A stretch of 64,000 nucleotides of DNA from Rubrobacteraceae bacterium (GTDB taxonomy: Bacteria; Actinomycetota; Rubrobacteria; Rubrobacterales; Rubrobacteraceae). Under the pieces are notes generated by a model that saw nothing but the letters and a program-made list of their open reading frames with translations, searched no databases and was not told where the DNA came from. The position numbers were made by a program, and so were the translations under genes. This document shows, in pieces, positions 19,676 to 29,696 of this stretch; the stretch's first letter is position 1; every line of letters starts with the position of its first letter. Location of the stretch: positions 12,555-76,554 of the forward strand of contig DASQMR010000353.1 of assembly GCA_035645375.1 (NCBI GenBank), written 5' to 3'.

Positions 19676-20787
19676 GCTTCTTCCAAGGCGAGGCCCAGAG
19701 CCACAGCCAGGACAGGTTCCATCATCCCGAGTTGCTCATTCGGTACATTAGACTTGTTGCCGGAGAGCTTCTGCAGCGGCGACCCGAGGCGCGTCGTTAT
19801 GCCAAGCAAGTCCTCGAGGTACGCATCTAGGCCATTCACCAGAGCACCCTCACCAGAGATAAAGACCTGCGTGACCTCCCTAGAGCCGGGCTGCGAGTAG
19901 TGATACTCCACAGAGCGCTGCACATCCTCCGCAAGGACCTGGACCGCGTCCTCGAGCCCCCTCCGAATGTCATACATCAGGGCAGGATCGAAGTCTTCGT
20001 TTTCCTCTGAGAGGAAAGCTCCCGAACGGACCTCCCCTGACTCTGAACCAATCCTTATTCTCGGGTTGGTTAGCTGCCTCTCGGCTTCTTCGTCTGAAAG
20101 ATCAGCGGCATCGACCACAGACTGAGCTAGATAGCCCGAGCCGCCGGGTATAAATCGGGTCAGCGTCGGATTGCCGCCCTGCGTAACAACAAGGTTGGTG
20201 ATCTCGTTGCCCACGTCGAGGAGGAGGATCGCGCCCTCGTCGTCGAACAAAATATTCGGCAGCGTCGACCGAACCAACGAGAGCGCCTTTACGTCTACTC
20301 CCTGGGCTCTCAACCCCGCGTTCCGCAACACTGAGGAGTAGCGCGAAACCATGTCTCTCTGCGCGGCGACGATGAGGATACGGTCGAGGTCGGACCCCTC
20401 TTCCACCGGTCCCAGCACGATATAGTCCAGGATAGCCTCTTCCACGGGCATCGGTATGTGTTCTTGAGCCTTGTAACCTATCGCGACCTTGAGATCGTCC
20501 TGGCTCATATGCGGGAACTCAAGGAGTCTTACCACGACTTTCTGGTTCGACACCCCCAGGTAGACCGACTTGCCTTTGAAAGAATGAGAAGTCCAGAACT
20601 CCTTGAGTTCGTGAACGAGCAGGTCGTGATCGGCGACCTCCCCCTCGGACACCGCGCCCGCCGGCAGCCTCCGGTACCCGACGTGCTGCAACGCGTAGCT
20701 CCCGCCCGTCTGCGATATCTGTACTGCTTTTATGGCGCCGCGGTCTATATCAAGGCCCACCGAAGGAGACTTGAACCTCCCGAACAA
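19672..20787 (-). CDS. pilM: Type IV pilus assembly protein PilM
   Basis: VGLDID, IPMPVEEAILDY, LDVG, ISGEGA, ALGLAL actin-like motifs. Confidence 0.93.
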   Translation of the reverse strand: MFGRFKSPSVGLDIDRGAIKAVQISQTGGSYALQHVGYRRLPAGAVSEGEVADHDLLVHELKEFWTSHSFKGKSVYLGVSNQKVVVRLLEFPHMSQDDLKVAIGYKAQEHIPMPVEEAILDYIVLGPVEEGSDLDRILIVAAQRDMVSRYSSVLRNAGLRAQGVDVKALSLVRSTLPNILFDDEGAILLLDVGNEITNLVVTQGGNPTLTRFIPGGSGYLAQSVVDAADLSDEEAERQLTNPRIRIGSESGEVRSGAFLSEENEDFDPALMYDIRRGLEDAVQVLAEDVQRSVEYHYSQPGSREVTQVFISGEGALVNGLDAYLEDLLGITTRLGSPLQKLSGNKSNVPNEQLGMMEPVLAVALGLALEEA

Positions 20788-20790
20788 CCC

Positions 20791-21541
20791 TTACACCCCC
20801 CCGATGAGACGGAGGTAGAAGTTCCACATATCCTGTCCCACGAACAGCGTGACCACGCCCGCCAGAGATAGAAATACCCCAAACGGCAGCGCGCTCCCGC
20901 GTTGCGCCTTACCCGACGTGATCAGCATCACGCTGACAAGCGCTCCAACGAGCGCCCCAACAGAAGACAGTCAGCGCCGCGTACGGTCCCAAGAAAGCTT
21001 CGAGCATCCCTCCCATCTTTACGTCACCCATACCGATGCCGCCCGGGTAGGCAAGCGCGAGCGCGAAAAGCCCTCCCGCTACACCAAGAGCCGAAGCAAG
21101 ATAGACCCGCCACGCATCAGGGGCGGAGACCACCGACAGTACGAACCCGACTACCGCTGCGGTCGCGACGATTCTGTTCGGCAACAACCGGTGCTTGAGG
21201 TCCGTCCCGGCGAGCACCACGAGCACGCATATCAGCACGAGCGCCGACACGAGCGCCAGGGAGATTCCGAAGTCATACGCAGCGAGCACGAGGAGTAGCC
21301 CGGTCAACACCTCGACAAGCGGATAGCGCGGCGAGATACGGACCTTGCAGTTCCGAAAGTTTCCCCGCAACACAAGATAGGAGAGCACCGTGAAATTATG
21401 AAACGACTTGATCTGTGCCCCGCAGTTCGGGCACCTCGACGACGGCCAGACGAACGACTGCTGAAGCGGTACGCGGTATATTACGACGTTTAAGGCGCTT
21501 CCTATTACGAGACCGAATAGCCCGGTCACCGCAGAAATCAC
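20791..21541 (-). pseudogene. pilD: Prepilin peptidase (A24), frameshifted near 20961
   Basis: NVVIYRVP, SRCPNCG, YPLVE, GMGDVK. The C-terminus VGALVGAL...ALPFGVFL...LIGGV* continues in a shifted frame to TAA at 20791. Confidence 0.85.
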
Positions 21542-22110
21542 CGCCGCCCCTCTTCTACAAAAGAGAGCGCTTCAACCTTCGCACCCTCTCCAACGACCGC
21601 CCTGCGCCCTACGCTCGAGTTTGCACCCAAGACTGCCCGCGCCCCGACCCTGGCCCCCGGTCCTACAACAGCCCCAGCGGAGATCCATGCTCCCGCCCCA
21701 ACCACGGCGTCCCGATCAACAACCGCCCCAGGTCCGATATAGCAATGACTCCCTACCGCCGCATCAGGATGCACCACTGCGTTAGCCGCAAGCACAGCCC
21801 CATCCCCAATAACCGCCTCCAGAGACATGTACGTCGCCGGGTGGACCGCAGTAAAGAACTGCGCCCCGAGAGCCCTTATAGAGTTAGCGAGCCGCAGCCG
21901 CACGTCGTTGTCGGTAATCGCCACGATGACATACACCGGCTCGACCGAAAGCATGCTCTTCAACATTCCAACGTCTCCAAGGACCGGTACCCCCCGAACG
22001 TTTCCCGGAAGTACAGCGTGAGCATCATCGTAGAAGCCGGTGACCCATGCCTCAAATCCGCCAGCTATCAATACATCTAGCGCGAGACGCCCGTGACCGC
22101 CTGCCCCCAC
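21538..22110 (-). CDS. PglD/NeuD-like sugar O-acyltransferase homolog (hexapeptide repeats)
   Basis: GAGGHG, GFYDD, AITDN, VHP, LbH repeats; start uncertain; VDRD in place of VDHD. Confidence 0.75.
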   Translation of the reverse strand: MGAGGHGRLALDVLIAGGFEAWVTGFYDDAHAVLPGNVRGVPVLGDVGMLKSMLSVEPVYVIVAITDNDVRLRLANSIRALGAQFFTAVHPATYMSLEAVIGDGAVLAANAVVHPDAAVGSHCYIGPGAVVDRDAVVGAGAWISAGAVVGPGARVGARAVLGANSSVGRRAVVGEGAKVEALSFVEEGRR

Positions 22111-22242
22111 GATTACTACCCTAACAATCTCATCCAGGATAGCTTCTTGTACCTCAACTTGCGGTTCAGGTATGCGAGACCTTGTCTCATGCTCTGTTAT
22201 CGCGCTCCCCTTCCGGCGTTCTGCTGGATCCTCATGCGTGGA

Positions 22243-22251
22243 ATTCTAACA
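22243..22251 (-). promoter_or_regulatory. Putative extended -10 (TGtTAGAAT) for the pil operon
   Basis: TG-n-TAGAAT 7 nt before an ATG at 22235 that opens a 12-aa uORF. Confidence 0.4.
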
Positions 22252-22325
22252 CCGCAACCAACAGCTTGCGCTAATCCCTACATTTTGCAGATCCTGAGTA
22301 AAGTCCTACTACAGGTAGTATGTGG

Positions 22326-23255
22326 TCAAGTCAGGAAAACACCGCTCAGACGTCTTCCACGCAGGAAATCAGCCGCCGACAACACCCTGCCCGCCGGCGC
22401 CTGGAGCCTCAATATCTCTAAAACACTTTCTTTGCAGGCGACCAAAATACGTCCATTTGCAGGAAAAATAGTACCTGGAAGGGTAGAAGACGCTACGCCT
22501 TCGTTTTTTTCGTAAATAGTCGAGCCCAGCACTTTAATAGGTCCAGAGAAATCAGAGTGGAAGGTCCGGGCACCTATATGTGGTGTAAGCGCTCGGATCA
22601 GATCGTGCACCTTTTCAGCTCCTTCAGCCCACCTTATTAGCCTTTCCTCATCCTCTATTTTAGCAGCATACGTAGCATAAAAACTATTCTGTTCGCTTAA
22701 GGTTAAAGTTTTCGCCTGCAACTCTGCTAAAACCTCTACTATAGCGTTAGACCCAAGATCTGCAAGGGCTTGTGTGAGTGCTCCGCCGGTCATATCTGGA
22801 GGAATAGGAATACTTCGTTGGAGAGCGATAGGCCCGGTATCGAGGCCTTCATCCATGCGCATGATCGAGACCCCTGTTTCGGTCTCTCCGTTCATTACGG
22901 CACGCTCTATTGGAGCGGCGCCGCGGTAAGCGGGGAGAAGGGAGGCGTGTACGTTCCAGGCCCCTAGTCCGGCAGCGTAGAGGGTATCGGGGCGCAGGAT
23001 CTGGCCGTAGGCCGCGACGACGAGGGCATCGTGGGTGGAGATCTCTTCAGCGGCCTCGCTGATCCGAGCTGGCTGGCGAAGGGGCAGACCGGCGTTGAGC
23101 GCGAGTTCTGCCACAGGGGTCTTGGTGAGCTTACGCCCGCGCCCACGACGACGATCAGGTTGAGAAACGACCAACCCCACATCGTGCACAGAGTCGATAA
23201 GGCCATCCAGGATGGTGGCAGCGAAGGCCGGAGTCCCGGCGAAGGCTATCTTCAA
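22326..23255 (-). CDS. fmt: Methionyl-tRNA formyltransferase
   Basis: FAGTPAFA, SQPD, NVHASLLPAYRGAAPI, LDTG. Confidence 0.96.
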   Translation of the reverse strand: MKIAFAGTPAFAATILDGLIDSVHDVGLVVSQPDRRRGRGRKLTKTPVAELALNAGLPLRQPARISEAAEEISTHDALVVAAYGQILRPDTLYAAGLGAWNVHASLLPAYRGAAPIERAVMNGETETGVSIMRMDEGLDTGPIALQRSIPIPPDMTGGALTQALADLGSNAIVEVLAELQAKTLTLSEQNSFYATYAAKIEDEERLIRWAEGAEKVHDLIRALTPHIGARTFHSDFSGPIKVLGSTIYEKNEGVASSTLPGTIFPANGRILVACKESVLEILRLQAPAGRVLSAADFLRGRRLSGVFLT

Positions 23256-23272
23256 GGGAGCCTCTGCAGGAG

Positions 23273-23767
23273 CTACTTGCGTGCCAGCATGCGCTCGCGG
23301 ATCTCGCGCATGGCCTCTTTCCGCGATTCGCGATCGGTACGGTCAAGGATCAAGATGCCATCGAGGTGGTCTATCTCGTGTTGGAAGATACGCGCGAGGA
23401 GACCTTCGGCCTCTACGAGCACAGGCGCGCCCGACGGGTCGTGGCCGGTTACGGTAATCGCCAGCGGACGCTCGACCTCGACGCGAGTCCCAGGGAGGGA
23501 GAGGCAGCCTTCGACGTCCTTCTCGGTAGTCTCAGAGTGAGTCTCGATCACGGGGTTGACGAGCGCGTACTCCTCGTCTTCGTAGGCGGCGACGAAAACG
23601 CGCTTGAGACGGCCTATCTGGTTCGCCGCCAGGCCCACGCCGTCGTGCTCGCGCATGATCCTTATCATGTCCTCGGCGAGTCTTTGGAGCGACTCGTCGA
23701 ATTCTTTTACCGCAGTCGCTCGCGACGTCAACACCGGGTCTCCGAACGTTCTTATATCGTGCTCCAA
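23273..23767 (-). CDS. def: Peptide deformylase
   Basis: GVGLAANQIG, EGCLS, QHEIDHLDG. Confidence 0.98.
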   Translation of the reverse strand: MEHDIRTFGDPVLTSRATAVKEFDESLQRLAEDMIRIMREHDGVGLAANQIGRLKRVFVAAYEDEEYALVNPVIETHSETTEKDVEGCLSLPGTRVEVERPLAITVTGHDPSGAPVLVEAEGLLARIFQHEIDHLDGILILDRTDRESRKEAMREIRERMLARK

Positions 23768-23768
23768 C

Positions 23769-26033
23769 TCAAGCCTCCTCGGGGTCCATATTTATCCACG
23801 CCTTGAGCCCGCGACTCCGGCCGTGATTCTCGGCCGTCTGCTTCGCTACGAGTGCTGCGGCCTTCATCAGAGCGCCACGCTGGGGGCTCCTTAAGAGGAC
23901 TCGCCAGAGAGGGTGGCTCCCCTCCCCCGGAAACGGAACGGGGTCGAGCATCTCTACTCCGTTCCGAAGGACCGGCATTAGCCCCGATTTTACCGCACTA
24001 CGCACCATCTCCCCCGACCCTTCAAAGACGATCTCCACCAGGTATGCGTATGGTGGGTATCCCAGGCTCCGGCGCTTCGGAAGCTCCCCTGCGGCGAACG
24101 TTTCGTAATCTCCTCGGAGCGCCGCTACCAGCGCGTGATGCTCCGGAGAGCGGGTCTGTACGAGTAGGCGATCCCTGCTTGATGCCGCCGACCTATACAA
24201 GAGCCGAAAACCCTTCTCTACAGAGCCCGCGCTACCAAACAGGAGAGCATCCGCGTCCGGAACCGCGACTAGATCCCACTCCTCGTTCAGCACGCAGTGA
24301 GCCGTGCCCGCTATTATCGGCGCTGTCTCGCCTTCTCGAACGTCCGCGGTCAGGAGTCCGACCTGCACGCTGAGAGAGTTCGCAAGCTCAGTTCGTACAC
24401 GCTCGACCCCATAGCCGATACCGTCGAGCCGCTCCCAGCCGCACTCCGGGCACTCTCTCGGGGTGTTCTCTGCGTGTCCGCAGCGTCTGCAAGAGAGGAA
24501 GTCCGAACCGTGGAGAGCTAGAGGTAGAACGCATCTTGGGCAGCACCGCATAGAGCCGCACCGGCTGCATGAGAGAGTCGAGGCGTGTCCGAGTCGGTTC
24601 ACCAAGACCCCGACGCGTCCCCCACCTTGAACCGCACGGCGGCATGCATCCAAGAGGTCCGGGCTCAACGAGGCCCCAGTACCCCGCATATCCACGATGC
24701 TGACCGACGGCCACCGGGCAGGCTGGGTGGGGGACAAGCGGCGCGTACCGCTCTCCGGGGCGTAGACGCGCAGCGAGGGCGTGGGCGAAAAAAAGCAGAC
24801 GGCGGAGCGTTCGATCCTTCCCCGCGCGCTAGCAGGGTCTCGGACGTGGATCGGCACGCCCTCGTAGCCGGGGGAACCTCGATGCGACTCGTTCGGCTCG
24901 TCAATCACGCAGACAGCACCGAGCCGCTCTACCGGGACTAGCACTGCCGCGCGGGTCCCCACCAGCACGTCCACCTCTCCCCGGCGCACCGCCTCATACA
25001 CCGCACATCTGGCTCGACCCAAACCGCTGTGGTATGGCGCTACCGTAAGCCCGGCCGGCAGCAGCCTCTCAAAAGCGCTGACCAACCGCTTGACGGTCTC
25101 GATCTCCGGCGCGAGCACCAGGGCCTGGTACCCGCGCTTTACGGCTGCCCTTGCAACAGCGGCCGCTGCCGCAACACTCTCCGCGTCAGGCATCCGCCAG
25201 ACCCAGGCTCCGCCCCGCCTCAGCCCTCGCTCCGCCTCCTCGTGATACGCCGTCAGCTCCTTCCCCGAGCCTCTCGTGTACGAAACTGGCGCCGGTTCAG
25301 GTCTCTTCTCAAGCCGAACCGCCCCACGCTCGACGAGATGCCGCAACGTCTCTCTGCTTGCACCGGACTCGCGTAGAAGCTCTCCTACAACGCGTGCGTG
25401 ATCTTGGCCCTCCAGATTGCTCAGAAGCGCCCGCTGGCGGTGCGCCCGCCGCGACAGAGGCGCCGCGTCGTTCTGGAGCACTGCCCAATCGACGGTTCGT
25501 TGCTTTGGAATCGTCGGAGAGAAGGCGATTCTCCCGGATCTCTCGGCATCCAGCATGCCCTCGCCGCCTAAAAAGCGGCGAAGTTCGGTGCGGCTCAATT
25601 CGGTTCCCCGCCGCCAGGGCCAGTCCGACGCCGGACGGTGGACCGTATACACGGAGGTGTTTAGACCCGGCGGTAGCGCCATCCGGAGCACGGCTTGCAG
25701 AGGTAGAGCCGCGCACCCGGCGATCCAGCCAGAGAGCTCGACAATGCTCTCGGGAAGGGAGAGCTCTCCCGCGACGGCTCGTATCTCCTTTAGTAGCCGT
25801 TGGCCTGCCTCCTCGAAACCAACGACGAAGCCTAGACGTCCGTAGCCGGATAGAGGGGCCACTACCGCCGTCCCGACCTCTACCTCGCTGGCGAGTTGAG
25901 CGGGTACCAAATAACTAAGCGGCGGGAGGGCATGCGAGGGTATAAGCAAACTCACCAGCGCAGCTCGGGGACTTCCCAGGCTGCGCGGGTCGTGGTTAGT
26001 GAGGGTGGTGCGGCCGGTTACTCGGCCGGTCAA
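23769..26033 (-). CDS. priA: Primosomal protein N' (pseudohelicase form)
   Basis: 3'-binding domain, four CxxC pairs, LAPEI, GTRAAV, YPPY; between metK and def; Walker A absent. Confidence 0.88.
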   Translation of the reverse strand: MTGRVTGRTTLTNHDPRSLGSPRAALVSLLIPSHALPPLSYLVPAQLASEVEVGTAVVAPLSGYGRLGFVVGFEEAGQRLLKEIRAVAGELSLPESIVELSGWIAGCAALPLQAVLRMALPPGLNTSVYTVHRPASDWPWRRGTELSRTELRRFLGGEGMLDAERSGRIAFSPTIPKQRTVDWAVLQNDAAPLSRRAHRQRALLSNLEGQDHARVVGELLRESGASRETLRHLVERGAVRLEKRPEPAPVSYTRGSGKELTAYHEEAERGLRRGGAWVWRMPDAESVAAAAAVARAAVKRGYQALVLAPEIETVKRLVSAFERLLPAGLTVAPYHSGLGRARCAVYEAVRRGEVDVLVGTRAAVLVPVERLGAVCVIDEPNESHRGSPGYEGVPIHVRDPASARGRIERSAVCFFSPTPSLRVYAPESGTRRLSPTQPARWPSVSIVDMRGTGASLSPDLLDACRRAVQGGGRVGVLVNRLGHASTLSCSRCGSMRCCPRCVLPLALHGSDFLSCRRCGHAENTPRECPECGWERLDGIGYGVERVRTELANSLSVQVGLLTADVREGETAPIIAGTAHCVLNEEWDLVAVPDADALLFGSAGSVEKGFRLLYRSAASSRDRLLVQTRSPEHHALVAALRGDYETFAAGELPKRRSLGYPPYAYLVEIVFEGSGEMVRSAVKSGLMPVLRNGVEMLDPVPFPGEGSHPLWRVLLRSPQRGALMKAAALVAKQTAENHGRSRGLKAWINMDPEEA

Positions 26034-27287
26034 TTACACGCCAGCGGCGCGGCGTAGGGCGTCGGCGCGGTCGGTCCGTTCCCAGGCGAAGCCCGGCTCT
26101 TCGCGACCGAAGTGCCCGTAGGCGGCGGTCGCAGCGTAGATCGGCTGACGAAGCTCGAGATCGCGGATGATCGCGCCTGCCCGCAGGTCGAAGTGCTCCT
26201 CGATGAGCGCGCTCAACGTCGTCGGGTCAACAGTCTCGGTGCCGAAGGTATCGACCATGATGCTCACGGGACGGGCTACGCCTATCGCGTAGGCCAACTG
26301 GACCACGCAGCGCTCCGCAAGGCCCGCGGCCACGACGTTCTTGGCGACCCAACGAGCAGCGTAGGCGCCGGAGCGGTCGACCTTCGTCGGATCCTTGCCC
26401 GAGAACGCGCCACCGCCGTGAGGCGCGGCCCCGCCATAGGTATCAACGATGATTTTGCGTCCGGTAAGACCGCAGTCACCCTGCGGACCACCGGTGACGA
26501 ACCGGCCGGTTGGGTTGATCAGAACGCCCGTGCTCGACTTGTCAAACAGATCCTCTGGCATGACCGGCTCGATAACGGCCTCCAAGAGGTCGCTCTTTAT
26601 CCTCTCCTCTGTGCCGTCCTGGTGCTGGGCGCTTATGAGGACTGTCTCTATCCCGACGGGACGGGTACCCTCGTAGCGAACCGTGACCTGGCTCTTGCCG
26701 TCCGGCCTGAGATAGCCAAGATCACCGCTCTTGCGGACGTCGGTGAGGCGACGTGTAAGGGCATGAGCGAGCGAGATGGGCATCGGCATCAGCTCGTCCG
26801 TCTCCCGACAGGCGAAGCCGAACATCATTCCCTGGTCGCCCGCGCCGACCTCCTCGATCTCGGCCTCGGTCATCTCGGAGCCGCCACTCTGAGCGTCTGC
26901 GGCATGGTCGACGCCCTGAGCGATGTCCGCCGACTGGGGGTCTATCGAAACTATTACGCCGCACGTCTCAGCGTCGAACCCGAACTTGGCCCGCGTGTAG
27001 CCAATCTCTGAGACCTTCTCCCGCACCAGGGTCGGTATATCCACGTAGGTCTCCGTGGTGATCTCACCGGCTACTACCACGAGCCCAGTGGTAACCAGCG
27101 TCTCGCAAGCGACCCGGCTTCTCGGATCATTCGCGAGGGCCGCGTCGAGGATGGTATCCGAAATCTGGTCGGCTATCTTGTCTGGATGCCCTTCGGTAAC
27201 GGACTCTGAGGTAAACAGATGCGTGGTCTTGGACCCCGCATCTATCTCCTCGCCTAACGCCGACCTTGATACAGTGCTTTCAGCCAT
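26034..27287 (-). CDS. metK: S-adenosylmethionine synthetase
   Basis: [26 protein letters not shown]. Confidence 0.98.
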   Translation of the reverse strand: MAESTVSRSALGEEIDAGSKTTHLFTSESVTEGHPDKIADQISDTILDAALANDPRSRVACETLVTTGLVVVAGEITTETYVDIPTLVREKVSEIGYTRAKFGFDAETCGVIVSIDPQSADIAQGVDHAADAQSGGSEMTEAEIEEVGAGDQGMMFGFACRETDELMPMPISLAHALTRRLTDVRKSGDLGYLRPDGKSQVTVRYEGTRPVGIETVLISAQHQDGTEERIKSDLLEAVIEPVMPEDLFDKSSTGVLINPTGRFVTGGPQGDCGLTGRKIIVDTYGGAAPHGGGAFSGKDPTKVDRSGAYAARWVAKNVVAAGLAERCVVQLAYAIGVARPVSIMVDTFGTETVDPTTLSALIEEHFDLRAGAIIRDLELRQPIYAATAAYGHFGREEPGFAWERTDRADALRRAAGV

Positions 27288-28398
27288 GCTTCCCCTGCCT
27301 CTCCTTACCTATCTCCATAGCCACGGCGTCCAGGATCGCCCCGGCCACCTCCTTCTTGGTAGAGCGGGGCACAAAATTCTCCCCGGTCCTGCCCACGATG
27401 TGGACCTCGTTCTCCTCCGAGCTAAAGCCCGAACCCGCCAACGAGACGTCGTTGCCAACTACGATGTCGACACTCTTGGTCTCCAGCTTCTCGCGGGCAT
27501 CTGCCACGGGATCTCCGAACGTTGCGGCGAATCCTACCACAAAGAGCTGTGGATTTGACTCACGCACATTCTTAATTATGTCTCCTGTCGCCACGAGCCT
27601 TAGCTCTAGCTCCTTTGAACTGCCTCGGCGAATCTTGCCTTCTACTACCTCCGCCGGCGTAAAATCCGAGACCGCAGCCGCCATGATGAGCGCATCAGAG
27701 TAGGCAGCAAGCCTTGCCGTCGCCTCCTCCATCTCCGCATAGGTCTCGACGTCTACCCACCGCACGCCAGGCTCTCTCACCTCGATGTTGGCGGCGACTA
27801 CCATGACTACGGCCCCGCGCCTGTACGCCTCTCTCGCGATAGCTCGCCCCATCTTCCCGGACGAACGGTTCCCGACGAACCGCACCTTGTCTACCGGCTC
27901 TCGCGTCCCCCCGGCCGTGACCAGCACGCGCATACCTGAGAGCGGCCCACCCAAAGAGTTGAGCACCGCCCCCGCAACCTCCGCAGCTCCAACTCCTCGC
28001 CCCTCCTCGTCTTTTTCTAGCATCCGGCAACCATCTCTTCGCAAAAGCTCGATGTTCTCGCGCACGGCCGGATGCCCGGCGGTCGCCTCGTCTAGCTCGG
28101 GGACGATCACGGCTGGTCTCACGCCGGCGCCGTAGGACTCTTCGGCGGACCCTGCGCCCAGACCGTGTGCAAGACGAGCAAGGGTACCGGCGGCCGCAGG
28201 GGCGAAGATCAGAGCTTCAGGGGCCTCAGTCGGCCCTTCGACAACCGGCGCCAAGCCCGCGAAGGCAGCGGGACCGACGAAGCGCTCGGCCCCCTGTCCG
28301 AGTATGACCTCGACGCGATAGCCGGAAGAGACGAGGTCACCGATGGTATCGGGTGCCTGGAGCGCTCCGGCTCCCGACCCGACCACAAAAAGGATCAA
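27280..28398 (-). CDS. coaBC: CoaBC (intact CoaB ligase domain, degenerate CoaC domain)
   Basis: [31 protein letters not shown]; N-domain lacks PAMN and LACG. Confidence 0.88.
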   Translation of the reverse strand: MILFVVGSGAGALQAPDTIGDLVSSGYRVEVILGQGAERFVGPAAFAGLAPVVEGPTEAPEALIFAPAAAGTLARLAHGLGAGSAEESYGAGVRPAVIVPELDEATAGHPAVRENIELLRRDGCRMLEKDEEGRGVGAAEVAGAVLNSLGGPLSGMRVLVTAGGTREPVDKVRFVGNRSSGKMGRAIAREAYRRGAVVMVVAANIEVREPGVRWVDVETYAEMEEATARLAAYSDALIMAAAVSDFTPAEVVEGKIRRGSSKELELRLVATGDIIKNVRESNPQLFVVGFAATFGDPVADAREKLETKSVDIVVGNDVSLAGSGFSSEENEVHIVGRTGENFVPRSTKKEVAGAILDAVAMEIGKERQGKHG

Positions 28399-28418
28399 GA
28401 TTCGGCCCAGTCGGGGTA

Positions 28419-28781
28419 TTAGACCGTGCTCTCACTGGAGGAGTCGACGCTGGCGGCTGCAGGAGCAGTACCCGCGCCGCTGGGAGGGTCGAGGAAAGCA
28501 TCGCCGGAGTCTGCTGCCCCTAGCTCCTCTTCATCGGCCGCCTCAGGGGGCTTCCTGAACCCGACCTCGAGCTTACCTTCCCGTAGCTCCTCGAAGGCTA
28601 TGCTGAGAGGATGCTGAGAGCGAGTGTGAACCTGTGGGCCAGGTATGCCCAAAGAGTCATTCAGCCCCAGAGTAGCGGCGTACTCGTTGATCTGGCGCGC
28701 CCGTCGCGCCCCGGCCAGGACGAGGCCGTAACGGGAGTCCACCTTGTTCAGTAAAGCGTCTACCTTAAGCTCGTTTAGCAT
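28419..28781 (-). CDS. rpoZ: RNA polymerase omega subunit
   Basis: DSRYGLV...RRARQIN, PLSIAFEE. Confidence 0.93.
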   Translation of the reverse strand: MLNELKVDALLNKVDSRYGLVLAGARRARQINEYAATLGLNDSLGIPGPQVHTRSQHPLSIAFEELREGKLEVGFRKPPEAADEEELGAADSGDAFLDPPSGAGTAPAAASVDSSSESTV

Positions 28782-29349
28782 CTACTTCTCCTTCTATTAT
28801 CCTCGTAATGGTCTCGATGATACCCGACCGTGCCGCGTCGCGGTCGCCGTTGACGATCTCGTGATCAAACTCTTCGCGCGCCGCGACCTCGGTGAGCGCG
28901 GTCGTCATGCGCCTCTCCATTGCCTCCGAATCCTCCGTAGCCCGGCCCATCAGCCGCTTGCGCGTCTCCTCTAGAGAAGGAGCACGCACGAATACCATGA
29001 CCGCGTCCGGGCGTTTGTCCCGTACCTTTCTGGCTCCTTGCAGCTCTATCTCCAGTATGACCGAGAGCCCACTCCTCAGAAACTCCTCTACCCTGTACTC
29101 AGGCGTACCGTACAAGTTTCCTGAATACTCGGCCCACTCCAGAAACCGGCCCTCCTCGATCCACTTCTCAAACTCCTCCCGCGTTAGAAAGACATAGTCG
29201 CGGCCGTTGACCTCGCCTTCGCGAGGCTTGCGGGTGGTCGCTGAGACGGAGTAAGCAAGCTCAGGGATAGCATCCAGCGCCTGGCGGATAAGCGTAGACT
29301 TTCCAGCCCCCGAAGGACCGGAGACGACGATTAGTCTTCCTCGCTGCAA
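28765..29349 (-). CDS. gmk: Guanylate kinase
   Basis: SGPSGAGKS, SATTRKPREGE, YGTP. Confidence 0.97.
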   Translation of the reverse strand: MQRGRLIVVSGPSGAGKSTLIRQALDAIPELAYSVSATTRKPREGEVNGRDYVFLTREEFEKWIEEGRFLEWAEYSGNLYGTPEYRVEEFLRSGLSVILEIELQGARKVRDKRPDAVMVFVRAPSLEETRKRLMGRATEDSEAMERRMTTALTEVAAREEFDHEIVNGDRDAARSGIIETITRIIEGEVDAKRA

Positions 29350-29657
29350 CCCAAAGCCTTGAGTAGCCGGTCGCGCTGGCCGTGGGTGAGGCCGACGAGC
29401 GTCTTGGCCCGGCTCACCCCGGCCTCACGCAGTATCCTCGTCACTTTTACCCGCCCCATGCCTCTGACCGCGAGAAGCATCTCTTCGACCTTCGCGCCCT
29501 TTAGCTCCTCTGAAGGGTCCATGAGTAAGTCATAGATGTCGAGCGTACCGCTCTTGAGGTCGCGCTTGGCGTCAGCTCGGGCGAAACGTACCCGGTTTGC
29601 CTCCTCCAAAGCGCTCCGTCGCTCCTGCGAAGTCCTGTCTGGCGCCCTCCTCAGCAT
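29331..29657 (-). CDS. mihF: Actinobacterial integration host factor (mIHF)
   Basis: RRSALEEANRVR...KRDLKSG, GMGRVK H2TH motif, GL...QR; upstream of gmk. Confidence 0.88.
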   Translation of the reverse strand: MLRRAPDRTSQERRSALEEANRVRFARADAKRDLKSGTLDIYDLLMDPSEELKGAKVEEMLLAVRGMGRVKVTRILREAGVSRAKTLVGLTHGQRDRLLKALGCSEED

Positions 29658-29666
29658 CGACTTGAT

Positions 29667-29675
29667 AGTATACCA
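29667..29675 (-). promoter_or_regulatory. Extended -10 (TGgTATACT) for mihF, near-leaderless
   Basis: 9 nt before the ATG; no SD sequence. Confidence 0.5.
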
Positions 29676-29696
29676 TCGAAGCTTATGAGAATCCGT

